Of a stretch of DNA of 64,000 nt, positions 16,076 to 28,945 are shown one piece after another. Origin of the DNA: Bryobacterales bacterium (lineage in GTDB: Bacteria > Acidobacteriota > Terriglobia > Bryobacterales > UBA6623); NCBI GenBank assembly GCA_965248235.1, contig CBDFIU010000003.1, positions 1,299,573-1,363,572 on the forward strand, given 5' to 3'. Position 1 is the first letter of the stretch; each line of letters opens with the position of its first letter. Both the position numbers and the translations under genes were made by a program. The notes below the pieces were generated by a model that made no database searches, was not told the DNA's origin, and worked only from the letters and a program-made list of their open reading frames with translations.

Positions 16076-17768
16076 TCGTGAGGATTTGATCCGCCGCCAC
16101 ATCGCGCAAGACCTGCTTAGTTCCCAGAGGCCATCGGATCTCCAACGTCGCCGACTCGGCCTCTCCCAGCCCGAAATGAAGGCGCGGGTCATTGCAGGAA
16201 TAGAAACTCGACTGGGCCATGACCTCTTGCACCTGACTTCGGGAACCATAGGAGCACACGACCCGCGCGCCGATCGCGCTACGGTTCGACACCGTACCGA
16301 CTAACTTCAACTTGAGCCAGTGATTGTTTCCCTTGACGTCGTTGCGGAGAAGCGACGGCGGCTCGTTGAGGTTGACGACGAGCACATCGATGTCGCCGTC
16401 ATTGTCAAAGTCGCCGAAGGCGCAGCCACGGCTCGAGTGCGCCGCGGTAAGCCCGGGCCCGACGCCTTCGGTCAGTTGCTCGAGACGGCCGTTGCCGAGA
16501 TTCCTGAACAGAACATCCGGCGTTTTGAACGGATAGGCCGGTAGCTTCTCCTCGATCTCCGGATAGATATTTCCCGTCGTGTAGAAGAAATCCGGCAGGC
16601 CGTCGTTGTCAAGATCGACGATACCGGCGCCCCAACAGACATAGCGAACTTCGACCGCCAGGCCTGATGACAGCGTGTGGTCTTTGAATCTCCCTTTCCC
16701 GTTGTTGACATACAGGATATTCGTATCGTCGGCGAAGTGCGTCTTGAGAATGTCAAGGCTGCCGTCAAGGTTGATATCCCCGATGCCGACGCCCATGCCG
16801 GCCTGTTCCTGGCCGTCTTCATTGAGGGCGACGCCGCTGAGGATGCCGACTTCCTCGAAGGTGCCGTCTTGCTTGTTGCGAAAAAGAAGGCTGGGCGTCG
16901 AATCGCAGGCGACATAGATGTCGGGCCAGCCGTCATTATCAAAGTCGGCGGCCACAACCGTCATGCCGAAGCCGGGGCGCGCCTTCGCAATGCCCGCTTC
17001 TTCGCTGACCTCCCGAAACGTTCCGTCACCGTTGTTGCGGTAAAGAGAGTGTCTGGAGAAAGGCAATCCGCGGGGACCACAGTGAACCGGGACTCCTTTC
17101 CAGTTGCACGTCTGCATGCCGGGCTTCGGCGCGCTGTCGAAGTCGAAGTGACAGTAATTCGATACGAACAGGTCGAGATCGCCGTCGCGGTCGTAATCAA
17201 CCCAGCAGCAACCCGCGCCCCAACGGACGTCGCTGTCGAGAAGGCCGGCCTCTTCGGTTACATCGGTGAAAGTGCCGTCGCCGTTGTTGCGGTAAAGAGT
17301 GTTTTGGCCATAGGCCGTGATGAAGAGATCATCAAAGCCGTCGTTGTTGTAATCGCCGACCGTGACGGCCGAAGCCCAACTGGTTCGCAGCAGACCCGCC
17401 TTTTCGGTGACGTCTGTGAAGGTCCCATCGCGATGGTTCTTGTAGAGGCGACTACTCGTTCCCTCGGGCGCTCCGGCCACGCGCGACCCGCTCAAAACCA
17501 GCAGATCCATCCAGCCGTCATTGTCGTAGTCAATGAACGCGCAGCCGCAACCGACGGTCTCGATGATGTAGTCCTTGCGGTCGACGGGCCCGTAGATGGT
17601 CGGGTGTCGCAGTCCGGCCTCCGCGGCTACGTCGACAAAGCGCGCGGCAAAGGGTTTTCCGGAAAGTGCGGCTCTCTTCCGCGCCTTGACGTTTCGGGGT
17701 GCCACGCCTTGTCCCCGGGCGATGGGCGCCGCAAGCAAAGCCAATAACTCTCGTCTCGAAGTCTTCAA
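16059..17768 (-). CDS. CRTAC1-family FG-GAP repeat protein with ASPIC/UnbV domain; C-terminal 7 aa replaced by IS sequence
   Basis: Repeated DYDNDGWMDL / DFDNDGWPDI motifs and GTVSNRSAIGARV...LHFGLG. The original tail (IIEPRDSA*) lies beyond the IS, around 15008-15032. Confidence 0.9.
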   Translation of the reverse strand: MKTSRRELLALLAAPIARGQGVAPRNVKARKRAALSGKPFAARFVDVAAEAGLRHPTIYGPVDRKDYIIETVGCGCAFIDYDNDGWMDLLVLSGSRVAGAPEGTSSRLYKNHRDGTFTDVTEKAGLLRTSWASAVTVGDYNNDGFDDLFITAYGQNTLYRNNGDGTFTDVTEEAGLLDSDVRWGAGCCWVDYDRDGDLDLFVSNYCHFDFDSAPKPGMQTCNWKGVPVHCGPRGLPFSRHSLYRNNGDGTFREVSEEAGIAKARPGFGMTVVAADFDNDGWPDIYVACDSTPSLLFRNKQDGTFEEVGILSGVALNEDGQEQAGMGVGIGDINLDGSLDILKTHFADDTNILYVNNGKGRFKDHTLSSGLAVEVRYVCWGAGIVDLDNDGLPDFFYTTGNIYPEIEEKLPAYPFKTPDVLFRNLGNGRLEQLTEGVGPGLTAAHSSRGCAFGDFDNDGDIDVLVVNLNEPPSLLRNDVKGNNHWLKLKLVGTVSNRSAIGARVVCSYGSRSQVQEVMAQSSFYSCNDPRLHFGLGEAESATLEIRWPLGTKQVLRDVAADQILTRWVFT

Positions 17769-17830
17769 TCGCCCCCCGCCACAGACAAGTTTAGCGAGTT
17801 GATTGCCGTCGGGAAAACCCCGACAGGCTT

Positions 17831-18066
17831 TTAGGCTCCCGCCGACGGCTCACAGGCGAACTTGGCGTTGTGCTCCGGCAGATACTGCTCGTCGAGATAG
17901 CGGTTCGCCGCCTCGTAATCGGCAATGCCTTTGAGCCGCATCTTCTTGATCAGGCGGTCTTGATGGGTGCCGTGATGACGCTCCACGCGGCCCTTCGCTT
18001 GCGGTGACGAAGCGGCGATGATACCAATGCCGAGCTTGGCGCACATGCGTCCGAACTGCGTCTCGG
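17831..18066 (-). pseudogene. internal fragment of an ISNCY-type DDE transposase
   Basis: QFGRMCAKLGIGIIAASSPQAKGRVERHHGTHQDRL...AANRYL. No IS ends visible. Confidence 0.75.
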
Positions 18067-18827
18067 GCTCGATGCCGGCGATCGGCTGGAACACGGTCGG
18101 TGAGATCTCGGCCGTCCTCGCCGTGGTGTGCCTCGCGCGAGTCTGCTTTCGCCCCCATGGATGGTCGCGCGGGGCGCTCTACTTGACGGGCCTGGTCGCA
18201 GCTTTGGCGACGCTGATTCTTTCGGCTTCGCGCAGCTCGATTGCCGGCCTGGTGGGTGCCGCCGCCATGTTGATTGCCGCCAAGCGTCTCGGCAGTTTGG
18301 CCCTGCTGACTTTGGGCGTCCTGACGATCGGGTTCCAAACCCAACTGGGAGACACGGCCGTCAACTACCTGCTGCGGGGACAGACTCGCGATGCGTTTTA
18401 CTCCTTTAGCGGACGCGTGCAACTGTGGGAATACGGAATCGAAAGGCTTGCGGTAAGTCCGCTCGGCGGATTCGGAGCCTATGCGGGCGGTCGTTTCGTC
18501 GCGGTGGCCAACTACAACGATGCTTCTCGAGATTTGGCCTCGAACGTTCTCAACACCTTTCTTGAAGTCTTGTTGGGAACGTCGTTTTGGGGCCTGATCC
18601 CCTTGTTGGTGGCTTTCGGCGGCGCTTGGTGGTTGCTCATGCGGCACGGGTGGACCGCGACCGCCGGTTCGCCAAGTCGCGCCTTAGCGATGGAAACGCT
18701 CGGAGTGTTAGGAGTCATCACCGTGCGTTCGGTCTTCACCGTGAAGTTCGTCTGGCACCCTGCTCTGCTTTTCCTCGCGGTTGTGGGTTACGCCGAGGTC
18801 TTGCGCCGGAGCGAGCGGTTTCCCTGA
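18067..18827 (+). pseudogene. O-antigen ligase/polymerase (Wzy_C) family membrane protein, 5'-truncated
   Basis: LILSASRSSIAG, FSGRVQLW, SPLGGFG and SNVLNTFLEVLLGT motifs in a multi-TM protein. The N-terminus is replaced by the transposase fragment. Confidence 0.68.
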
Positions 18828-18958
18828 ACGAGGTTCAGGCAACAAAGCGCGGCGACGTTCCCCGATGCCCCGATGGACCGTAATCCGTCTACACGATCAA
18901 CCTTGCCATGCCGATCTCATCCTTAACGATTCTTCTTCTCGGATCGGGTTGAAATGAC

Positions 18959-19786
18959 ATGAGCAAGCTACCGCCCAAATACCCCGTCGTCGGCGTCGGC
19001 ATCAGCGCCACCAACTACGGCGAAGTGCTGCGACTGAGCCGCGATTGGATCGCCCGTAAACACACCGCGCCCGATTCGGAAAAGCCGCCTTCGCGCTCGA
19101 TCTTCGTCTGTACGGTCAACGCCGTCATGAAAGGCGTCTTCGACCCGGAGTTTCGGGCTCTGCTCAACCGGGGCGATATCGCCACGACCGACGGCGTGCC
19201 GCTCGCCTGGGTCCTGCGCTCGATGGGCGTTCGGCGCCAACCTCGCGTCTACGGTCCCAATCTGATGTTGGCGTTATGCGGACAGGCAGCGCGTCTCGGT
19301 CACCGCATCTACCTGTTTGGCGGCCGCGAAGACGTGGTTCCCGAGTTATGCCGGGTGTTACACAAGAAATTTCCGAGTCTGGAAATCGCCGGCTCCTATG
19401 CTCACCGCGACCCGCCCGGCGATTCCAACGCAGCGCGAGAGGCCGCCGAAGCAGTCCGCAAGTCCGGAGCGGATATCGTCTTCGTCGGTTTCGGGCAACC
19501 GCGCCAAGAGCAATGGATGGTCCGGCACGCCGCGGACTTGCCCGGGGCCCTGATGGTTGGCGTCGGAGCGGCGTTCGACTTTCACGTCGGTCGCGTGCGC
19601 CAGGCCCCTGGGTGGATGCAAGATCGAGGTCTCGAGTGGCTCTTTCGACTGCTGACGGAACCCCGCCGTTTGTGGAAGAGGTACGTCCTGCTGAACCCGC
19701 TGTTCCTTTTGATGTGGGCCCTACAGTGGCTGGGCGTGCTGCGCTACCCGCAATTCGATACGGCAGCCGCGCCTCGACGTAGCTAA
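18959..19786 (+). CDS. WecB/TagA/CpsF family glycosyltransferase
   Basis: TTDGVPLAW, RVYGPNLM, DIVFVGFGQPRQEQW, GVGAAFDF and GLEWLFRLLTEPRRLWKRY. Confidence 0.93.
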   Translation: MSKLPPKYPVVGVGISATNYGEVLRLSRDWIARKHTAPDSEKPPSRSIFVCTVNAVMKGVFDPEFRALLNRGDIATTDGVPLAWVLRSMGVRRQPRVYGPNLMLALCGQAARLGHRIYLFGGREDVVPELCRVLHKKFPSLEIAGSYAHRDPPGDSNAAREAAEAVRKSGADIVFVGFGQPRQEQWMVRHAADLPGALMVGVGAAFDFHVGRVRQAPGWMQDRGLEWLFRLLTEPRRLWKRYVLLNPLFLLMWALQWLGVLRYPQFDTAAAPRRS

Positions 19787-19859
19787 CGCAAACTCACCGC
19801 AACCGCAAGGGGCTCTGAATCCGCGTTCCGAAATGTGCGCGCGGGCACTCATCCTTCCC

Positions 19860-21091
19860 ATGAAAATCCTAGTGGTCCATAACCGCTACCGGCTCCCCGG
19901 CGGCGAAGACGAGGTGGCCGCAGCCGAAACAGCCCTTTTGCGCCGCAAAGGCCACGACGTGGAAACCTATCTCGAAGACAATCGCCGCATCGGCGGGCTC
20001 TCCGTCATTCAAGCCGGACTCGAATCGGTCTGGTCCCGGTCGTCGTACCGCAAAGTGCGAGACCGCCTGCGGGAGTTTCGGCCCGATATCGTCCACTGTC
20101 ACAACACTTTTCCGCTGATCTCTCCTTCCATCTATTTCGCCTGCGAGAAAGAGCGCATCCCCGTCGTTCAATCGCTGCATAACCCCAGATTGATGTGCCC
20201 GGCGGCGTGTCTGTCTCGAAATAGTCAGATCTGCGAGCGCTGCGTCGGCAAAACTCGCCTGGCCCGGCGTCGTGCGTGGCTGCTATCGCGACTCTCGCCT
20301 GCAGACCGCGGCCGTGGCGTCTATGCTCTCCATCCACCGCGCTCTCAAGACTTGGCAAACGAAGATCGACGCCTATATCGTTTTCACCGACTTCTACCGC
20401 CGCAAATTCATCGAAGCGGGGCTCCCGGCCGACCGGCTCTTCGTGAAACCACATTTCCTCCACCCCGAGCCTCCTCCCTTGCAGGTAAGTACACGCGAGT
20501 ACGCCCTCTTCGTCGGCCGTCTCAACGAAGAGAAAGGCCTAAAAGTATTACTCGAATCGTGGCGACAGTTACCACACATTCCACTAAAGATACGAGGTGA
20601 AGGACCTCTGTTGCCACAGATCCAAGTGGATTACCGGGAATCCGGCCCACAACGTGGAACTGGTGGATCGCCTCCCGAAGAGCGAGCTGCGCCGGCTAAT
20701 GCGTAACGCTCGTTTTCTCGTTTGGCCCTCACAGGGTTACTACGAAACTTTCGGCTTGGTGGCCCTGGAATCGTTTTCGATGGGCGTGCCGGTGCTGACC
20801 AGCCGTTTCGGAGTCAACGGCGAAATTGTCGATAACGGACGAACCGGTCTCCATTTTTCACCCGACGATCCGGGAGACGTGGCCCGCACGGTCGAGCGGG
20901 CTTGGTCCTCCGAGGCTGAACTGCGCAAAATGGGCCGTCAGGCCCGCATCGAGTTCGAAACGAAATATGGCGCCGACGAGAATTACACCGCGCTGATGAG
21001 CATTTATCGCGCCGCGATTTCGCGAAAGTCGACCAGCCTTGTCGCGGGCGCAAAGAGCATCCAACCGGCGCGGGCGGCTTCGGCGGGCTAA
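19860..21091 (+). pseudogene. GT4 glycosyltransferase with two frameshifts (about 20255 and 20628)
   Basis: MKILVVHNRY...GGEDEV, FVGRLNEEKG and ETFGLVALESFSMGVPV fall in three successive frames. Confidence 0.85.
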
Positions 21092-21154
21092 CTCAGGGCT
21101 AGCCTGGGCTAGGCCTCGGCTCGCTGCGATTGGCGACAATTCGTTGTCCGAAAC

Positions 21155-22729
21155 TCAGTCGGTGCTCGGGACGGTTTTCGAGTCGCCGGGCATCCCGTAA
21201 CCGCCGCCGCCGGGGGTTTCGATGCGCAGCCGGTCGCCCTTGGCCGCGCGAAAACGACCCTTACCCGGAATCGGGGCGTCGTTGAGGAAGTTGCGCCCGC
21301 GCTCACCGGGGTTGCCGCCCTCGCGTCCGTAGGGGGCTCGCAGACGGCGTTCGGAAAGAATCGCGATGTCGGTATCGGTAAGAAGTTCGAATTCTTTCAC
21401 GACGCCTCGCCCGCCGTCATGGCGACCCCGTCCCCCGGAATCGCGACGAACCGCGTAACGGCGCATGCGAACAGGAAGCTGATGCTCCAACGCCTCGACC
21501 GGGGTATTGAGGCTGTTCGACATATTCGTGTGGTTGGCGTCGAGACCCGAGGCATGGGGCCTGGCGCCCATCCCGCCGCCGATCGTTTCGTAGTAAGCAA
21601 ACCCTTGGCCGGTGCGAGGATCGGTTCCGCCAAACGTCAGGTTATTCATCGTGCCCGCCGAAGCAGCGGGCATCTTGCCGGGGAGGGCTTTGCCCAACGC
21701 GCCAAGCAGCACATCGACGATCCGCTGCGACGTTTCCACATTGCCGGCCGCGACGCTCGCCGGAGGTAGGGGATCCAGCAACGTTCCCGGCTCGGTAACG
21801 ATTTTGACAGGACGAAGCATCCCGGCGTTGTACGGAATGTCCTCTCGAATCAGACAGCGAAACGAGTACATCGTCGACGAAGTGGTCACCGCCAAGTTGG
21901 CGTTGATGCCGCCGCGAGTTTGCGGCGCGGACCGCCGATAGTCGACCGTTGCCGCGTCCCCCTCCAGGGTTAGGCGGCAATGGATACGGACGGATTCGGT
22001 CCCGAAACCGTCGTCGTCCATGAAATCCTCGAACTCATAGACTCCGTCGGGGATTTCCCGCAGGCGAGACCTCATCAAGCGCTCACTGTAGTCGGTGAGC
22101 TCGCTCATCTCGGCCTGCATCTTCTCGGCGCCGTACTTGCGCGTGGCGTCGAGCAGACGACGCTCGCCGACGCGATGCGCGGCAATCTGAGCGCCGAGAT
22201 CTCCCATACGTTCCTCGGGAGTTCGAACGTTGAGAAGAATGAGCTGTAGGATGTCGTCATTCAACTCTCCCTTTCTCAATAGCTTGACGGGGGGGATGCG
22301 AAGTCCTTCTTGAAAAATTTCCGTCGCCGGGGGCATGGAGCCCGGCATCATCCCACCGACGTCGGAATGGTGGGCTCGGGTCGCCAGATAGTAGGCGGGC
22401 TCGGGGTTGCTGTCGAGGAAGACGGCTGACACGGAAGTGATATCGGGCAGGTGAGTTCCACCTCGAAACGGGTCGTTGAGCAGAACCAGATCGCCCGGCT
22501 CGAGGGTTTGGGAGCGCAGGGTCTCGGTTACCGATTGCGGCATCGCCCCGAGGTGAGCGGGCATGTGATCGCCCATGGCAATGGTTTCGGCGTGGCGGTC
22601 GTAAACGGCGCAGGAGTAGTCCCGACGCTCTTTGATGTTGGGGGAAAACGAAGTTCGGCGCAGAACGATCCCCATCTCCTCGGCGATCGAGACGAACAGA
22701 TTACGGAAGATTTCGAGCTCGAGATTCAT
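21155..22729 (-). CDS. hydantoinase B / 5-oxoprolinase subunit
   Basis: SPNIKERRDYSCA, NDPFRGGTHLPDIT, HHSDVGG, GNVETSQRI and ETPGGGGYG. Confidence 0.93.
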   Translation of the reverse strand: MNLELEIFRNLFVSIAEEMGIVLRRTSFSPNIKERRDYSCAVYDRHAETIAMGDHMPAHLGAMPQSVTETLRSQTLEPGDLVLLNDPFRGGTHLPDITSVSAVFLDSNPEPAYYLATRAHHSDVGGMMPGSMPPATEIFQEGLRIPPVKLLRKGELNDDILQLILLNVRTPEERMGDLGAQIAAHRVGERRLLDATRKYGAEKMQAEMSELTDYSERLMRSRLREIPDGVYEFEDFMDDDGFGTESVRIHCRLTLEGDAATVDYRRSAPQTRGGINANLAVTTSSTMYSFRCLIREDIPYNAGMLRPVKIVTEPGTLLDPLPPASVAAGNVETSQRIVDVLLGALGKALPGKMPAASAGTMNNLTFGGTDPRTGQGFAYYETIGGGMGARPHASGLDANHTNMSNSLNTPVEALEHQLPVRMRRYAVRRDSGGRGRHDGGRGVVKEFELLTDTDIAILSERRLRAPYGREGGNPGERGRNFLNDAPIPGKGRFRAAKGDRLRIETPGGGGYGMPGDSKTVPSTD

Positions 22730-22750
22730 GAGAGTCGGCGGGAAGCGGCG

Positions 22751-23677
22751 CTACTCCAGTTCCTCCACGACGCATCGAAATCCGACACCGTCTCCCCGAC
22801 TCGATGGGTCGGCCATGGCACGGGCGGAAACGCGTAGATAACGCGGGCCGAATCCCCAGGAACCGCCGCGAATGACCTTGGCATCGCCCTGCTCCGGCCC
22901 TTGAGGGTCTTCCGCCGGTGCGTTGAGAAAATAGTTGCCGTCCTCCCAATCGGAACACCATTCCCAGACATGCCCGGCCATATCGTAGAGACCGTAACCG
23001 CTGGGTTCGAAACTGCCGACCGGCGCGGTGTAGCGCCAGCGGTCTCGTCCCGCGACGTTGCCATAGTTGGCGCGCTCATGGGTCAGCTCGTCGCCCCAGG
23101 GATAGCGCCAATCGGACTGTCCGCCGCGGGCGGCGTACTCCCACTCGGCTTCGGTCGGCAAGTGCCCTCCGACAAACTTGCAATAAGCGGCCGCTTCGGC
23201 ATGGGTGACGGAAACAATCGGCCTGTCTTGTTTTTGCCCGGGTCCCGAGTCGAAGGCTTCGGCGATCGCCCGCGACCAACCTTTCTTTTTCTTCCTTAGC
23301 TCGGCGAAAGGCGTCTGGTTCGGCTTCGGCGGCATCTTGCGTTTCGTCGACTTTGTGTAGCGCTTATACGCGCGAACGGAAACTTCCCGGCGGCCGATCC
23401 AAAACCCTTTTGTCAGGCGGACTTGATGCCGAGGTTTTTCGATCTCTTCGCACAAGTCGTCGTCCGTCGTGCAACCCATCCAATACTCGCCCGCTGGAAT
23501 CCGGGCGTATTCAAGTCGGTCTCGCGGATTAACGGAAATCTTCGGTGAAGCCTCGCCGGGCGACAAGGGGGGGTCCTCGGCGGGTGGGGCCGCGACACAG
23601 AGCACCGCGACCGCAAAGGCTGCGATCGGAATGACCGAGGTCGTTGGCAAGCGTGAAGCTCGGACGGGGCTCCGCAC
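22751..23677 (-). CDS. SUMF1/FGE-sulfatase domain protein, likely non-catalytic
   Basis: LPTEAEWEYAARGG, GLYDMAGHVWEWCSDW and RGGSW...GFRC. The catalytic Cys pair after RGGS is absent. Start uncertain. Confidence 0.82.
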   Translation of the reverse strand: MRSPVRASRLPTTSVIPIAAFAVAVLCVAAPPAEDPPLSPGEASPKISVNPRDRLEYARIPAGEYWMGCTTDDDLCEEIEKPRHQVRLTKGFWIGRREVSVRAYKRYTKSTKRKMPPKPNQTPFAELRKKKKGWSRAIAEAFDSGPGQKQDRPIVSVTHAEAAAYCKFVGGHLPTEAEWEYAARGGQSDWRYPWGDELTHERANYGNVAGRDRWRYTAPVGSFEPSGYGLYDMAGHVWEWCSDWEDGNYFLNAPAEDPQGPEQGDAKVIRGGSWGFGPRYLRVSARAMADPSSRGDGVGFRCVVEELE

Positions 23678-23903
23678 GGGAGCAGAATAGCAGAGCTGTT
23701 CCACATATCGTCGATATAGCCATCGCCGCCAACCAGATACAGAGGCCGGAGCGCAAGCGACGGGCCCGCCACCCACAACCCAATTCACGTGTCTCCGAAT
23801 CGATTGCCGGCGTCGTTTCCCCAGAAACAGTCGTTCGGGAACCCCCGGGGCAGGCTTTGGAGTGGTGCCGGCCCGTCGCTCGCGCTCAGGGCTCTGAAAG
23901 TGC

Positions 23904-24767
23904 TTATCGAAGGTCCCGCGGCCGGCTTTTGATAAGGCGGTCAAGGGCTACTAACGTGTCGAGCAGCGCCGGCAGCAGGTCCAATCGCAAAGCATTGGCG
24001 CCGTCGGAGAGGGCGCGCGCCGGATCCTGGTGGACTTCAAAAAAGACGGCATCCACGCCCGCCGCCACACCCGCTCGGGCCAGCGGTTCAATATACGCCG
24101 GCTGCCCGCCGCTCGATCCCTTTCCCGCCCCAGGCAGTTGCAGACTGTGGGTCACGTCAAGCACCACTGGATAGCCCATCTCGCGCATCATCGCGAGCCC
24201 CCGAAAGTCCACCACCAGGTTTTGATAGCCGAACGACGTCCCACGCTCGGTCAGCAAAATGTTGTGGTTCCCGGTGCTTGCGACCTTTTCAGCGGCGTAC
24301 CGCATGTCCATGGGCGCGAGGAATTGGCCCTTCTTGATATTGACGGCGCGTCCGCTCTTGCCGGCTTCGACCAATAAATCGGTTTGCCGGCACAGGAAGG
24401 CTGGAATTTGTAGAACGTCGCAGACTTCGGCCGCCGGGGCAACTTGACGTGGTTCGTGAATATCGGTGAGAACGGGTAGGCCGGTCTCACGCTTGACCGT
24501 GGCCAAGATGCGCAGTCCTTCATCGAGACCGGGCCCGCGGTAGGAATCGACACTGGTGCGATTCGCCTTGTCGCACGACGCCTTGAAGACGGCGGCAATC
24601 CCGGCCTCCCCGGCGGCTTCGGCAACCGCCCGCGCGATCGAGACGGCGTGGTCCTCGGACTCGATCACGCAAGGGCCGCAGATGAGCGCGAGGGGTGCTT
24701 GATCGCCGATGACAAGGCGGTCGATATGGGCGAGTCTTGGGGCCGGATCGGCGGGGGACGGGTCCAC
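23904..24767 (-). CDS. kdsA: 3-deoxy-8-phosphooctulonate (KDO8P) synthase
   Basis: GPCVIES, KANRTS, QIPAFLCRQTDL, NIKKGQFLAP, ERGTSFGY and DVTHSLQLPG. Confidence 0.95.
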   Translation of the reverse strand: MDPSPADPAPRLAHIDRLVIGDQAPLALICGPCVIESEDHAVSIARAVAEAAGEAGIAAVFKASCDKANRTSVDSYRGPGLDEGLRILATVKRETGLPVLTDIHEPRQVAPAAEVCDVLQIPAFLCRQTDLLVEAGKSGRAVNIKKGQFLAPMDMRYAAEKVASTGNHNILLTERGTSFGYQNLVVDFRGLAMMREMGYPVVLDVTHSLQLPGAGKGSSGGQPAYIEPLARAGVAAGVDAVFFEVHQDPARALSDGANALRLDLLPALLDTLVALDRLIKSRPRDLR

Positions 24768-24850
24768 TATGTATTCATGATACGTCCCTGTCGCGCCGGG
24801 TTGGGCGCGGACGCGGCCCAAGGGTTAGCTCGCATTTCTCACCGCGTCGG

Positions 24851-26560
24851 CTATATAGCCCGCAGCTCTTTTTTGATCTCGTCGTCGAGTTCCGTGATTT
24901 GCTTCCGGAGGGCGGCGTATTTCTTTTCGGCTTCCGTTTCGTGCTTTTCCTTGACTCCGGCGGGCGTTGCTTTCGGGACGGGAACGTTGAGAGCGGCGGC
25001 GGCGGAATCTTCCTTGAGCTTCTTGAGTTTCGTCAGCTTTTCGCGGATGTCTTTCCATTTGCTCGGGCCGGCCAGCTCGTTGGCGACATAGGCCCCGCCG
25101 CTGATGCCCATGAGCGCGAGAATATTGTCATCGAGATGCGGAAACGTACCGGTCTTGAAGATCGAAAGAATCACCTGCGCACCGACGATCAGCGTAAAGG
25201 CGAAGATCTGAAACTTAAAAAGGTTCGGTTGGCCGCCGATGGATATCATATCCCCCCATCGAGGCTCTCTCACCTTGACGAGGCGTTGATACTGTTGCGG
25301 AATCTCACGGATACGAACCATCGCGGCGGCCTTGGCGGTCAACGCCGTACTGCCGGCAATGCCCGCGAGAACCAACATTTGGGTCGGCACCAGCACGAGC
25401 TCATATCGGCTGTACGAAACAAAGATGCCCGCCCAGATTAAGATCGAAGTCCAAAACAGCGCCTGAGCCAAAGAAATGCTATAGGTGCCGAGCGGTGTCT
25501 TGGCGAAGGACATCGGCCGGGCCAACCGCCAGGTCTTCGATCCCTCGCCCCGTTGCTTGAAGCCGTACAGCGCTCCGGCGAGTACAAAGATCAAGATTAA
25601 GCCGACGAGCCCAACGAGCACAGCGGCCCAGCGGCGAACAATCCCGACTTCCTCGATAGCGACGTAGTATTTCCCGTTGGAGGCTGTGACCAGAGCGACG
25701 GCCGTGAGGGGATGAACGTCCAGGAATCGATTGCCGACGTCGGGGGCCTGAGTGCTTCCTCAAACGCCGGAAACTCCTTCGGCTCGGGGGCGAATTGACT
25801 CGACGCTCCGGACCGCGGCGCCGGCGCGATCGCTTTCCTCGATGAATATCACGCTCAAGGTCGTAGAGGGGTCATTGGCAATGCCTCCGGAAAATTCGTA
25901 GTCAACCGTCCCGCCCGAAGGAGCTCTGGCCTGATTGAGGCGAATCGGATTGTTGGCGGCCGGGTACGACTGCCTGCGCAACCGAAGAACGGCGGGAATG
26001 TCGACGCCGTGCAGTTCCACGGTAACATCGCTCGTCGGCATGAAGCCGTAACGCGTTCCGTCGCCGACCTTGACGAGCGAGACTTCTTTCTTTCCGGCAA
26101 AAAAGAACTCAGGGCGGCCGTGTAAGGCGCCTAGGGAGAATGACCAGCCCTTCGGGAACAGCAATGCGCTGCTGTCGGCCCCGGCTTCGTCGAGCACAAC
26201 GCCCGCAACCGAAGGGTCGGCAAGTTGCAAGACGTTATCGTCGGGGAAAGACACCGCCGGCGGCAGAGGCGTGCCCGGCTTGACTACGGGTGCGCCGTCT
26301 TTCCCACTCGAGCCTGCCTTGGCCGAGTCCCCAAGTGAAGCGAAATCGATCATCTTGTTCCATTGCGAGCCTTTGGCGATGACATTGACTTGGGCATCCA
26401 GCGGCTGTAGGCGAATAGGGATTCGAAAGAACGCAAGGGCACCGGCCTTATTGCCATCGGGGGAGTCGGACGATTTCGAATCCTCGGCCGCGACGCAGGC
26501 GTGGAACGCTGTAAGAGCGACCGCCAAAACCGATACGAGAATCGTGTAACGCTTCCACAT
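24851..26560 (-). pseudogene. uncharacterised signal-peptide plus multi-TM protein split by one in-frame TGA (25760-25762)
   Basis: ORFs 25760-26611 and 24851-25621 share a frame, and the sequence between them is open apart from the TGA. The C-terminal membrane domain has SLAQALFWT, NLFKFQIFAFT and LALMGISGGAY. Confidence 0.7.
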
Positions 26561-26954
26561 ATGCTTGTCTCCTCGACGTTCGCCGCCCGGCTCGATCATG
26601 TCGCAGCCCATGATACTGAAACGAGGCGCTTATTCCAAATCAACGCTACAAATACCCTAACGAGATACGCGTAATTTCGATGGAAATGGGGCCGGGAAAA
26701 TCGTCAATGAGTCAAGTTTCGGCGATTTACGCGGTGCGGCTCGACAGCGAGACGAAGATGGGCGCCGGCCGTCCGAAGGGTCGGGCCAGGTTCCCGCCGC
26801 CCTTACCTTCTTGCCAGATGGCACAGCGCCGGGTTTGGTGAGTGAAGGCCCAGGCAAGGCATTGAGCAGGAAGGCGTCGAAGCGTCAGCCGTCGAAAGGC
26901 AGGACCGGTGAATGGTTCCTATCGGGCGAAATTGCATCGAATGAGTGCTCCTAC

Positions 26955-27034
26955 GCCCCGTCCGGGGCTTGCCGTTTTTTGGCGTGAACCCCGGGCTGAA
27001 GCCGTGGGCTACTTTCCCGTCGCCGCTCCGCGGC
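26955..27034. repeat. REP-like multi-hairpin element
   Basis: GCCCC-GTCC-GGGGC, CCCGGGCTGAAGCCGTGGG and GCCGC-TCC-GCGGC clustered just downstream of pyrG. Confidence 0.5.
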
Positions 27035-27109
27035 TGCACGACAGGTGCGGCCTGTTTGGGCCATACCGTACCCCACCGTACTCTCGAAGGGGATTTTCGG
27101 AGGAGAGTA

Positions 27110-28945
<1,836 letters not shown>

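Noticed and set aside
16677-17747. Long antisense ORFs (also 3523-4428, 10853-11845, 31616-33025, 41169-42506, 55444-56334)
   Set aside because: They are shadows of well-supported genes on the other strand in GC-rich DNA and show no recognisable motifs.
25760-25800. Selenocysteine recoding of the in-frame TGA
   Set aside because: No redox motif surrounds the codon, and only a tiny CCGACGTCGG palindrome follows, not a convincing SECIS. Nonsense mutation is the simpler explanation.
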